This document shows, in pieces, positions 33,074-42,660 of a stretch of 64,000 nucleotides of DNA (the stretch's first letter is position 1; every line of letters begins with the position of its first letter). Source of the DNA: Ignavibacteriales bacterium (GTDB taxonomy: Bacteria; Bacteroidota; Ignavibacteria; T3Sed10-11); the NCBI GenBank assembly GCA_003568415.1, contig PWXV01000058.1, positions 1,952-65,951 on the forward strand, written 5' to 3'. Below the pieces are notes generated by a model that was not told the origin of the DNA, did no database searches, and saw nothing but the letters and a program-made list of their open reading frames with translations. The position numbers were made by a program, and so were the translations under genes.

Positions 33074-36000
33074 ATGTCGCCGCATCGTGTTTCTGAAATA
33101 GAAAAAACCATATCGAAAAAGCTCCATGCACTGCGTAAGAAAGATGAACGCCTAAATCTATTATCCGGTGCATTGTTGGTGGCCGGGGCTTTCATCGCAT
33201 CATTCGGTTTACTCAGTATTCTCGAAGGGCTTTTTTATTTTCCGGCTGCTGTTCGAACCGGTTTGGTTTTCGGTGCAGCAATAATTGTGGCGATACTCGG
33301 CATTATCTTTTTGGTAAAACCTCTTCTTGTTTCGGTTGGAGTACTGAAACGTAAAAATGATCTCGACCTTGCCCATATCGCCGGGAAACATTTCCCGGCC
33401 ATAAAAGACCGGTTATATAATCTGCTTCAACTCGCTGAAGACAGAAAGAGCGGAACACTTCGATATTCCGCCGAACTCATTGACGCATCCTATAGTGATC
33501 TTGCAGACGAAGTAGAGAAAAACGATTTCAATCAGTCGATTACCTTTACTAAACCGATACAGATTGGTCGAAGCGTACTCTACGGATGTATATTTCTGGG
33601 TATATTGTTTCTCATATCTCCTCAATATTTTGGCGATGCTGTTTATCGTGTTGCTCACTTCGGTGAGGAGTTTGAGACACCACAGGCGTTTGCACTCTCA
33701 ATCGAACCGGGTGATATTGAAACAGTCAGAGGTGACAGCGTAACAATTCGGGTTCATGTTGAAGGCGATCCCCAACCGGAAATATCTCTCTATACACGAC
33801 AGGAAGGTCAGGTAGACTTTGAGAAGTTTGTAATCGATGACCCATCCGGTGCTGCATTTACCTATCCAATAAATCAGATACGACGGACAACGGAATACTA
33901 CGCAGCCCGGAAAGATCAAAAAACACCGCAGCATAAAATTACAGTACATGACCGCCCGACGGTAAGGAATTTAAATGTCACTTTAAATTATCCCTCGTAT
34001 ACGGCATTACCGGCCCGTACTCTTGATGATGATACCGGCAATATAACAGCTATTCGCGGTACCCGTGCGACGGTAGAGATTTTATCGAACAAAGAACTTG
34101 CCGAAGCAACGATAGTGTTTCGTGAATATGATGATGTCGAAATGGATGTTGAGGGAAATAAAGCGCGTGCACAGTTCACAGTCAATAACGACGACCGCTA
34201 TCATATTGACCTGCAGGACACCGGTGAGATCCGGAGCGCTGATCCTGTAGAATACCAGATTCGCATGGTAGAGGATGAATATCCCCTGATTACAATCGTT
34301 GAACCGGGGCGCGATAAGAACATTGATGAAAATCTCCGGGTGCCGATGATGTTCCGGATACAGGACGATTATGGTTTTACCAGACTTCAGCTTGGTTATA
34401 AACTGGATGAATCGCGCTATGAGCCGGCACATGAAGAATATACCTATATCGATATTCCGATCTCCTCCGGTGCATCGAATGATGAAATCGTTGAATATCT
34501 ATGGAATGTACGTGATCATATGAGTCTCGCCCCTGAAGATGTGGTCAGTTATTATGCTGTCGTGTATGATAACGATACGGTCAGCGGTCCAAAGCGGGGG
34601 GAAAGTGAAACCTATGTATTCAGATTGCCGTCACTCGATGAGGTGTTTGCAGAGATGGACAGGCAGCAATCGGAATCACGTGAAGATCTTGAATACTCTG
34701 CTGAAGAAGCTGAACTACTTAAACGTGAACTTGACGATATACGTAAAGAATTACAGCTTGCACAGCATGAAATGAACTGGGAACGCGAGCAACGGATGAA
34801 AGATATGCTCGACCGGTATGAGGAACTGCAGCAAAACCTCGAACAGATGGGGCAGGATCTCGATGAGATGATCGACGATATGCAGCGGCATGATGTTTTG
34901 TCACCTGAAACCCTCGAAAAATATCTCGAACTGCAGGAGTTATATCAACAGCTCAGCGATCCTGAATTCAAGAAAGCGATGGAAAAACTGCGTGAAGCGA
35001 TGGATAAAATGGATCCAAATCAATTGCGTGAAGCAATGCAGGATATGACCTTTAATGAAGAGCAGTTCAGACAATCGCTTGACCGCACACTAAATCTGTT
35101 AAAGAGAGTGCAGATTGAACAAAAAGTTGATGAATTATTAAAACGTGCTGAACAAATGGTCGAAGAGCAGCACGCTGTTGAAGATGAACTTGATGCAATG
35201 GATGAGGCCGATACAGAAGCAACGCAGCAACTTGATCAGCAACTTGATGATTTGAAGCAGCAGCTTGAGCGGATGAAAGAAGAACTTGCAGATCTGCAAG
35301 ACCGGATGGAAGAATTTCCGACAGAGATGCCCCTTGATGATCTGCAAAAAACAATGGATGATATGGATGCCGCCGGTATGGAGCAAAAGATTGACCAAAT
35401 GAAACAGCAGATGCAGCAAGGGGAAATGCAGGACGCCAAACAGCAGCACGGTCAAATCCGGCAGGACCTCAATCAGATGCAGGATAATCTCGCACGAATG
35501 CAGCAATCGTTGCTTGAGGATCAGATGCGTCAGATAGTGAATGAGATGCGGCGTGCATTGCGAAATATTAACGATCTTTCAAAACGGCAGGAACGGTTGC
35601 GTGATGAAACCCGCTCGCTCGAACCCAATTCTCAGTTGTTCCGCGATAATGCGCGAAAACAAAGCGAGGTGAGGTCAGATCTCAGCAGCGTTGTCGACGA
35701 TCTGGTATCCTTGTCACAAAAAACGTTCGCGATTACCCCGGAAATGGGTCGTGCTATCGGTCGTTCATTTCAACAGATGGAAGAAGCTCTTGACCGTCTT
35801 AATGCCAGAAGCGGTAATCAGGCATCACGGCAGCAGGAAGGGGCAATGGCTTCATTAAATGATGCATCGTTGTTATTGCAGCAATCGTTACAGGCGATGA
35901 TGGAGGGGGGCGGTCAGGGAGGCATGCAGGGTTTTATGCAGCAACTTCAGAATATGGCCGGTCAACAGCAGCAAATTAATTTAGAAACGGGAGAACTCGG

Positions 36001-36472
36001 TGACGGTCAGATGACGATGGAGCAACAGGCACAGATGGCGCGGTTAGCGGGAGAGCAGGAAGCGGTTCGCCGGTCGCTTGAAGAACTTCAACATGAAATG
36101 GAGGGTAGAGGCGCCCGCGAAAGAATCCTCGGTGATCTCGACCGGATCGAAGAGGATATGCGTGAGGTGGTGAGCGGTTTGTCTGCTGATGAACTGCAGC
36201 CTGAAACTATACGACGGCAGGAACGAATTCTCAGCCGTTTACTCGATGCCCAGCGCTCTATACGTGAACGCGATTATGAAGAGAGACGTGAAGGTGAAAT
36301 TGCCGATCAGATTCTAAGAGATAGTCCACCCGAAATCGATTTAACAACACAGGAGGGCCGTGACAGATTACGTGAGGATATGCTTCGCGCAGTACGCGAG
36401 GGATATTCACGCGACTATGAACAATTGATACGACGATATTTTGAATTATTGCAGGACATTGAACAAGAGTAA
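33074..36472 (+). CDS. 1132-aa membrane protein: 2 N-terminal TM helices, beta-rich domain, ~550-aa Q/E/M-rich coiled-coil (DUF4175-like?)
   Basis: Good RBS (AGAGGAA). Two TM helices at aa ~30-85. A long heptad-like region (…MQQGEMQDAKQQHGQIRQDLNQMQDNLARMQQSL…) and a Gly/Gln stretch (GGGQGGMQGFMQQLQNMAGQQQQ). Confidence 0.65.
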   Translation: MSPHRVSEIEKTISKKLHALRKKDERLNLLSGALLVAGAFIASFGLLSILEGLFYFPAAVRTGLVFGAAIIVAILGIIFLVKPLLVSVGVLKRKNDLDLAHIAGKHFPAIKDRLYNLLQLAEDRKSGTLRYSAELIDASYSDLADEVEKNDFNQSITFTKPIQIGRSVLYGCIFLGILFLISPQYFGDAVYRVAHFGEEFETPQAFALSIEPGDIETVRGDSVTIRVHVEGDPQPEISLYTRQEGQVDFEKFVIDDPSGAAFTYPINQIRRTTEYYAARKDQKTPQHKITVHDRPTVRNLNVTLNYPSYTALPARTLDDDTGNITAIRGTRATVEILSNKELAEATIVFREYDDVEMDVEGNKARAQFTVNNDDRYHIDLQDTGEIRSADPVEYQIRMVEDEYPLITIVEPGRDKNIDENLRVPMMFRIQDDYGFTRLQLGYKLDESRYEPAHEEYTYIDIPISSGASNDEIVEYLWNVRDHMSLAPEDVVSYYAVVYDNDTVSGPKRGESETYVFRLPSLDEVFAEMDRQQSESREDLEYSAEEAELLKRELDDIRKELQLAQHEMNWEREQRMKDMLDRYEELQQNLEQMGQDLDEMIDDMQRHDVLSPETLEKYLELQELYQQLSDPEFKKAMEKLREAMDKMDPNQLREAMQDMTFNEEQFRQSLDRTLNLLKRVQIEQKVDELLKRAEQMVEEQHAVEDELDAMDEADTEATQQLDQQLDDLKQQLERMKEELADLQDRMEEFPTEMPLDDLQKTMDDMDAAGMEQKIDQMKQQMQQGEMQDAKQQHGQIRQDLNQMQDNLARMQQSLLEDQMRQIVNEMRRALRNINDLSKRQERLRDETRSLEPNSQLFRDNARKQSEVRSDLSSVVDDLVSLSQKTFAITPEMGRAIGRSFQQMEEALDRLNARSGNQASRQQEGAMASLNDASLLLQQSLQAMMEGGGQGGMQGFMQQLQNMAGQQQQINLETGELGDGQMTMEQQAQMARLAGEQEAVRRSLEELQHEMEGRGARERILGDLDRIEEDMREVVSGLSADELQPETIRRQERILSRLLDAQRSIRERDYEERREGEIADQILRDSPPEIDLTTQEGRDRLREDMLRAVREGYSRDYEQLIRRYFELLQDIEQE

Positions 36473-36489
36473 TATAACTAATAAAGTAC

Positions 36490-38646
36490 ATGCCTGATCT
36501 GTCACTTGCATTACAAACGAGTCCGGTATTATTCGGTCTTCTTGCGTTGATTATTGCAGCGGTATCATATTTTATATACCGTGTAACCGTTCCGCCTATT
36601 CCCGGTGGCTTAAAGACTGTATTAATATTTTTACGCACCGCCGGTCTTATCGCAGTTTTAATGATATTTTTCGAACCGGTGCTCACCGTTGTTACCCGTT
36701 CCGAAACTCCCCCGCGTGTTGCATTAATGGTTGATAATTCAAAGAGTATGCGCCTGGTCGACGGTGCCGGTGACCGTGCCGGAATCCTTGACCGTGTGCT
36801 CAATAATGAAGTATTCAACAGTCTGGATAGACAAAACAAACTAACCACTATATCGTTTGCCGGTGATGCCGGTATGCTTGAAACTTTTTCACCCGATAGT
36901 TTTCAACTCGACGGTTCTGCAACAAATATCGATGCCGCATTGAAAAAATTACGTGAAGTGCGTGAACGCGAGAATATCAAACTCGGGGTTCTGATCTCCG
37001 ATGGTAATTATAATGTCGGTCCCCGTCCTGTGTATGAAGCAGAACGTCTCAACATACCGCTGTTTACTGTGGGAATTGGTGATTCACTTGAACAAAAAGA
37101 TATATTGATTTCACGGGTCATAGCAAATGAGATCGCGTACCTCGATACCGAAGCACCGGTTGATGTTCGGGTGCGCAGTTCAGGATTCGGCGGCGAGCGA
37201 GTTGCGGTTACCCTCTCGGACGACGACACAGTCATTGAAGAAAAGACCATTACACTCGAAGACGGTACCGCCGATTACGAGCTATCGTTTTCATTCCAAC
37301 CCGAAGAAGAAGGCGTGCAGAGATACACGGTAAGTGTACAGGAGATGCCCGGTGAAGTTACCCATGAAAATAACCATCAATCGTTTTATGTTACTGTGCT
37401 CGACCGTAAAGTTCAGGTATACCTGCTTGCCGGCGCACCAACGCAGGATCTCACCTTTCTACGGCGAACGCTATATAACGACGAAACAATTGATGTGACT
37501 ATGTCGGTGTTGGGAGCGGGTGGTGCCGTTATCGGCGGGGAGCCGACCGAGTCCCGCCTGCGTGAAGCAGATCTGATTGTTCTTGTAGGATTTCCGACAG
37601 AGGAAACACCATCATCATTAATTAATGATGTTCAAGCAATAATTGAAGACGAAAACAAACCGGTATTGTTTCTCGAAAATATAACAGCCGATGTGCAGCG
37701 AATTGATGATTTGCTTCCGGTTGCGATTGAGCAGACTCGTCGAGAGGAACATCAAACATTTGTTAACGTTCCGGAAGCACAAGCGGGGCATTCATTATTC
37801 CGCATAGGAGAAGAACGGAAAACCGTCCGGTGGGAAGCATTACCTCCGGTATTCAGGACGATGCATCGCTATGCAGTGCGTCCCGGCTCGGAAACAGTAA
37901 TGACTCATCGCTTACAAAACACACCGCTCGACGATCCGTTTCTTGTAATACGCTCGGTCGGGGGCAGAAGATCGGCAACCATACTTGGATATGGGATATG
38001 GCGCTGGAGAATGATGGGACGCGGAGATGTTGACGGTGTTGCAGTATATGATAATCTGATGTATAATCTCGTGCAATGGTTGACCACCGATGAAGATCAG
38101 GATCGTGTACGCATCACCGCATCCAAAGAACAGTATCATACAGGCGAAGCAATAGAATTTACAGGGCAGGTATACGATGAACAATACCGGCCGCTCGCAA
38201 ATGCCGAAGTCCGGGTAACCGTGCACTCCGATGATGAAACATTCGAAACAGTATTATCACCCCGTGGTCATGGAAGATATGAAGGATCATTAAATCCATT
38301 GCCAGAGGGAGATTATGAATATGTCGGCTTTGCGGAGTTTGAGGGTGCGGATGTCGGCGAAGACGATGGTCGATTTATGGTGGGAGAGCTAAATCTGGAA
38401 TTTCGCGATACAAGAATGCATATACAAATAATGAGACAGTTGGCTGCGATTACCGGTGGAGATTTCATACATTCCGGTGAACCGGAAAAACTTGAGGAAA
38501 AATTGCGTGAAATCGATACGTATGAAGCGAGAATCGAGACTGCCTCGGTGGATTATCAAGTCTGGAATTTACCCGCTGCTCTTGCGGTTTTGATATTATT
38601 CTTCAGTATTGAGTGGTTTCTCCGGAAAAGAAATGGTATGTTATAA
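36490..38646 (+). CDS. BatA_N (aerotolerance-regulator N-terminal) + von Willebrand factor A domain membrane protein
   Basis: N-terminal LFGLLALIIAAVSYFIYR plus a second TM. vWA with MIDAS DNSKS...S...T...D (VALMVDNSKSMRL...GVLISDGNYN). C-terminal TM (LAVLILFFSIEWFLRKR). Starts 17 nt after the upstream gene. Confidence 0.75.
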   Translation: MPDLSLALQTSPVLFGLLALIIAAVSYFIYRVTVPPIPGGLKTVLIFLRTAGLIAVLMIFFEPVLTVVTRSETPPRVALMVDNSKSMRLVDGAGDRAGILDRVLNNEVFNSLDRQNKLTTISFAGDAGMLETFSPDSFQLDGSATNIDAALKKLREVRERENIKLGVLISDGNYNVGPRPVYEAERLNIPLFTVGIGDSLEQKDILISRVIANEIAYLDTEAPVDVRVRSSGFGGERVAVTLSDDDTVIEEKTITLEDGTADYELSFSFQPEEEGVQRYTVSVQEMPGEVTHENNHQSFYVTVLDRKVQVYLLAGAPTQDLTFLRRTLYNDETIDVTMSVLGAGGAVIGGEPTESRLREADLIVLVGFPTEETPSSLINDVQAIIEDENKPVLFLENITADVQRIDDLLPVAIEQTRREEHQTFVNVPEAQAGHSLFRIGEERKTVRWEALPPVFRTMHRYAVRPGSETVMTHRLQNTPLDDPFLVIRSVGGRRSATILGYGIWRWRMMGRGDVDGVAVYDNLMYNLVQWLTTDEDQDRVRITASKEQYHTGEAIEFTGQVYDEQYRPLANAEVRVTVHSDDETFETVLSPRGHGRYEGSLNPLPEGDYEYVGFAEFEGADVGEDDGRFMVGELNLEFRDTRMHIQIMRQLAAITGGDFIHSGEPEKLEEKLREIDTYEARIETASVDYQVWNLPAALAVLILFFSIEWFLRKRNGML

Positions 38647-38728
38647 AGTTATTTTGGAACAAAATTCCTTTTTTTGTAAATTATAATTCACAATATTAAA
38701 TTACATATTCTGTTGGGGCGATTTGCAA

Positions 38729-39754
38729 GTGAAAAAGATAATTAGTGTTGTATGCATTGTTTTATTGTTGCCTGCCTCCGCCGGCGCGGGTGGTTTTGGT
38801 GTGGGGAAATATGCCGGTGAATTTATGTCCATTGGTGTCGGAGGCCGTGCACTCGGTTTAGGCAGTGCTTATGTGGCTATTGCTAACGATGTCACTGCCG
38901 GTTATTGGAATCCTGCCGGACTTTCGCGAATTACCTATCCTGAAATAATCCTGATGCACGACGAACGTTTCGGCAATCTGATGAACTATGATTACGGAGC
39001 GGTTGCCCTACCGTACGGGTCTGATGCCAGTATTGGTATTAGTGTCATGCGACTCGGTATCGATGGAATTCCGGATACCCGGGATGCATTGGTCGACTAT
39101 ACCGGCGGCGGGATCCTTGATGCTGCTGCACGCCTTGATTACGATCGAATAACTGAACATAGCTGGGCCGACTGGGTTCTATACCTTACCTACAGTAAGC
39201 GACATAGTGATCGTCTCTCGTATGGATTTAATGTCAAGTTGGTGCGCCGTGATTTTATGGAATTCCATGCCACCGGTATCGGCTTTGATGTAGGCTTGTG
39301 GTATAACCCGACCGGCAATCTATTTCTCGGTCTGAATGCACAGGATATTACAACGACACTGGTGGCGTGGAATACCGGAACGAACGATCTTATTTCACCG
39401 ACGTTAAAGGTAGGCAGCGGTTATATGTTTGATGTACCCGGTGGTCGATTGATACCGCTTATAGATCTGGATTTTCGATTTGAGAACCGTCAATTTGCCT
39501 CGAACATGAGTCTCGGTCCGGTGAGTGTGGACTTTCACGGTGGGCTTGAATACAGTGTTCGCAATCTATTTGCTCTCCGTGCCGGGTATAATGATATCGG
39601 TAACCTTACTTTTGGTGCAGGGATTCATTTACCGAAACTTGATCTCGATTATTCATTCGCACAATTCGATGGCACCGGTCAACTTGGTAATACGCATCGC
39701 ATCTCATTGCGCATTACCTTATCCGAAGACCGCTTTGCCAGAAAAACTGATTAA
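38729..39754 (+). CDS. FadL/PorV/PorQ-superfamily outer-membrane beta-barrel protein
   Basis: Signal peptide followed by a GxxAxGxGxAxxAxxxDxxAxxxNPAGL signature (GGRALGLGSAYVAIANDVTAGYWNPAGL), then alternating beta-strand pattern. ~340 aa, which is a PorQ-like size. GTG start at 38729 (the track's TTG is at 38723). Confidence 0.55.
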   Translation: MKKIISVVCIVLLLPASAGAGGFGVGKYAGEFMSIGVGGRALGLGSAYVAIANDVTAGYWNPAGLSRITYPEIILMHDERFGNLMNYDYGAVALPYGSDASIGISVMRLGIDGIPDTRDALVDYTGGGILDAAARLDYDRITEHSWADWVLYLTYSKRHSDRLSYGFNVKLVRRDFMEFHATGIGFDVGLWYNPTGNLFLGLNAQDITTTLVAWNTGTNDLISPTLKVGSGYMFDVPGGRLIPLIDLDFRFENRQFASNMSLGPVSVDFHGGLEYSVRNLFALRAGYNDIGNLTFGAGIHLPKLDLDYSFAQFDGTGQLGNTHRISLRITLSEDRFARKTD

Positions 39755-39774
39755 CTGTCAGGAACTAATGTATA

Positions 39775-40452
39775 ATGAAAACACCCGTAGCATATAGCCT
39801 CACCATTTCGTTATTAGTAATACTATTCATATCCGGTTGCAGTGAAGACCCCAAAGAACAGGCCATTCGTGAAAAACTCGAAACACCGATCTTTTCCTCA
39901 TTGACCGAAGAGCAGGAGTATGTTGACAGCTTACAAGGCGTGCGCCATTTTAAGGATGAGTGGATGCTGGAGAGCCGTGACTCACCGCTGAAAGAAGAGG
40001 ACCGGGAGAGGTTTTCCGGACTCAATTATTTCCCGGTTGACTTACAGTATGTGTTTAGAACCCGGCTGCATAAATATGAAGATCCGGAGATAATCACCAT
40101 TGGAACTACCACCGGCGATGACCGTGAAGCAATTCGCTATGGATATATAGAATTTACGATATATGAGGATACATATCGTTTACATGCATATAAGTTTACC
40201 GCGCACCAGGGAACGGATCTGGATCAGTATATTTTTATACCATTCAAAGATGCAACCTCGGGATCGCAAACGTACAGCGGCGGCAGATATATGGATGTTC
40301 AGGAAGAAATTCCCGGGGTGGTAGTAGTTGATTTTAATGATGCATATAACCCCTATTGTGTATACAATGAGGCCTATAGTTGCCCGATCCCTCCGCGGGA
40401 GAATCATATCGATATAGCAATAGAGGCAGGTGAGAAAGATTTTAAGTTGTAA
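39775..40452 (+). CDS. DUF1684-like lipoprotein
   Basis: Lipobox (LFISGCSE) and a C-terminal YNPYCVYNEAYSCPIPP motif, which resembles the DUF1684 CPxPP signature. Confidence 0.55.
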   Translation: MKTPVAYSLTISLLVILFISGCSEDPKEQAIREKLETPIFSSLTEEQEYVDSLQGVRHFKDEWMLESRDSPLKEEDRERFSGLNYFPVDLQYVFRTRLHKYEDPEIITIGTTTGDDREAIRYGYIEFTIYEDTYRLHAYKFTAHQGTDLDQYIFIPFKDATSGSQTYSGGRYMDVQEEIPGVVVVDFNDAYNPYCVYNEAYSCPIPPRENHIDIAIEAGEKDFKL

Positions 40453-42660
40453 TCACTTGGATTCCATCACTGTGTAACCATCCCAGTCAGCGGGTGGCGG
40501 ATTCTCGAGAAATGCTTGTGAACGTTCAAGATAGATCTTGCCGGGAATATCGTGGGGATATTTCTGTGTTAATTCGTTAAAATATTCTATTGCTTCTTTC
40601 CACTGGCGGTTACGATACAATCTGATTCCCTCATTGTATAATTCAGTAATTTTGTGGTCATCATCAGAAATGCTGTCGTCCCGCATGCCGATTAATTCAT
40701 AAATGGTAGTGCCTTCTGTTTTTCCCTTGACGACGATAGTATCCAACTCGCGCACGACAACGGATTCCTGAACATACTGATAGGTGTTCTGGCTGATTAT
40801 GATATTTGTTCCGTAATATTTATTCGCCGCTTCCAGACGTGCTGCAAGATTCACGCTGTCACCGATTACCGTATAATCGAATCGTTCTTTGCCGCCCATA
40901 TTTCCCACAATCATATCGCCGGTATTGATCCCGATCCTGACGTGCATTTTTAAATGTTTTTTTCTTGCGGTGTGATCTTCCCGTAATTTATTCAATGTTT
41001 TCTGCATTTGAATCGCAGAAAAGCAGGCAAGATATGGATGGTCGGGGAGTGAAATCGGAGCGCCCCAGAATGCCATTATAGCATCACCTTCATATTTATC
41101 AAGTGTTCCTTTGTTCTTAATAATTATATCGGTCATTGCATCGAGATACTCATTCAAAAGTTCCACGAGTTTTTCGGGTGGAAGACCTTCTGAGATAGAC
41201 GTAAATCCCGCTATATCGCTGAAGAGCACCGTCAATTCCTTTTTCTCACCACCGAGCCGAAGTTTATCCGTGTCGCTGAGCAGTTCATTCACGATTGCCG
41301 GACTCACATAATGACTGAAAATAGATTTGACGATTTCCTTTTGTCGACGCTCGGTTAAATATTGATGAATTGCAGATCCGAAATAGCCGAGAATAAGGGC
41401 TGCAACCGGTCCGATAACGGGTGTGATTACTTGCTGATTTATAAAGTACCAATTACCGAGGTAGAATACTAAATAAATTGCTCCCGCGGTTATGAGAATT
41501 GCAGCAAATTCCAGTATATATTGATGACGGAATTTAACTGCTTTAATAACCGAAATAAGCATAAATAGTATAAATGCAGTGGCTATGACAATGAGTGCAC
41601 CTGACGTTTCAGACGTCGGTTTAAGATAGTTATCATCGATCATTGCCTGTATCATATTGGCGTGAATTTCAACACCATACATCTCGTTAAAATCGGGAGT
41701 TCCCTCGGGATGGACAGGAGTAGAGTGAAGGTCCTGTGATTCGGGAAACACAGGGCCTATGAGCACGACCTTGTCTTTAAACGGATTGGTCTCAACGAAG
41801 TCGTAAAATATATCAAGGTCTACACCGTACCGGAGTTCGTCAAGGGTTGTAAATGTTTCATCGTCAATGACATCGATAAGGTCAAACTTGGTAAACGTAC
41901 CCGAAGGTCCGTAGTAATTAATATGCGTTGTTTCGGCGGTGCGGGGTATGATTCGTTTCCCGAGTATGAATGCATGCTCGCGTATCTGAGGCTGGGTGAG
42001 TGCATCACGTCCGTCATAGCGATTTAAGACTGCTGTACCGAACGACGGCATCATACGTGCACCGCCATGAGTAAACATTGAAACCGGATACCGACGAATC
42101 ACACCATCGGGATCTTTACGCATCTGCACGAAACCCAGTGAGCTGTCCGCTTCAAAGAATATATTACCGAACATATCACCTTCTTGAACGATAACTGCTT
42201 CAACTTCCCCGCGGCGTTCGATACCGCGGATCACACCTGCAAGCACAACATTGCCCGCATCTTTTATTTCATCGAAGAGTAATGCATCCTGCTGTGGGTC
42301 ATGGTAAGATGGAGTATCAAATATAAGGTCGATGCCGATAACTTTAGCGCCAAGTCTGTCGAGATTACGGATTGCACGTGCATAATAATCCCGGGGAAAG
42401 GGATATGGATCGGGAGCAAGTTCGAAACTTTCACGGGAGATGCCGACGATGACAACGTCGAGATCCGTCCCGTCACGTGCAAGCGGTCCGCGTTGATCGA
42501 ACCGGTAGTCAATACTTGCAAGATGGAGTTTATGAAATAATCCAAAATGATAGAATGTATCCTGAACAAAGGTGGTTACCAGGATGCCGATGCATAAACC
42601 GATGATAAGTCTTTGAATCCAATCTTTACTGCCGGTGATTTTTAATTTCTTTTCTATCAT
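40453..42660 (-). CDS. CHASE2 sensor domain-containing class III adenylate/guanylate cyclase
   Basis: N-terminal TM, a periplasmic CHASE2-like region, four TM helices, then a cyclase catalytic core (LTVLFSDIAGFTSISE...KYEGDAIMAFWGAP...GINTGDMIVGNMG) and a C-terminal TPR-like tail. Confidence 0.85.
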   Translation of the reverse strand: MIEKKLKITGSKDWIQRLIIGLCIGILVTTFVQDTFYHFGLFHKLHLASIDYRFDQRGPLARDGTDLDVVIVGISRESFELAPDPYPFPRDYYARAIRNLDRLGAKVIGIDLIFDTPSYHDPQQDALLFDEIKDAGNVVLAGVIRGIERRGEVEAVIVQEGDMFGNIFFEADSSLGFVQMRKDPDGVIRRYPVSMFTHGGARMMPSFGTAVLNRYDGRDALTQPQIREHAFILGKRIIPRTAETTHINYYGPSGTFTKFDLIDVIDDETFTTLDELRYGVDLDIFYDFVETNPFKDKVVLIGPVFPESQDLHSTPVHPEGTPDFNEMYGVEIHANMIQAMIDDNYLKPTSETSGALIVIATAFILFMLISVIKAVKFRHQYILEFAAILITAGAIYLVFYLGNWYFINQQVITPVIGPVAALILGYFGSAIHQYLTERRQKEIVKSIFSHYVSPAIVNELLSDTDKLRLGGEKKELTVLFSDIAGFTSISEGLPPEKLVELLNEYLDAMTDIIIKNKGTLDKYEGDAIMAFWGAPISLPDHPYLACFSAIQMQKTLNKLREDHTARKKHLKMHVRIGINTGDMIVGNMGGKERFDYTVIGDSVNLAARLEAANKYYGTNIIISQNTYQYVQESVVVRELDTIVVKGKTEGTTIYELIGMRDDSISDDDHKITELYNEGIRLYRNRQWKEAIEYFNELTQKYPHDIPGKIYLERSQAFLENPPPADWDGYTVMESK

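Noticed and set aside
35067-35506. Minus-strand ORFs inside the coiled-coil region (35138..35506, 35236..35439, 35067..35354)
   Set aside because: They are antisense to the Q/E-rich coiled-coil coding repeats of the 1132-aa protein, and are low-complexity with no RBS.
36258-36848. 196-aa minus-strand ORF spanning the junction of the coiled-coil gene and the BatA-like gene
   Set aside because: It overlaps two well-supported plus-strand genes. It has no RBS and no motif.
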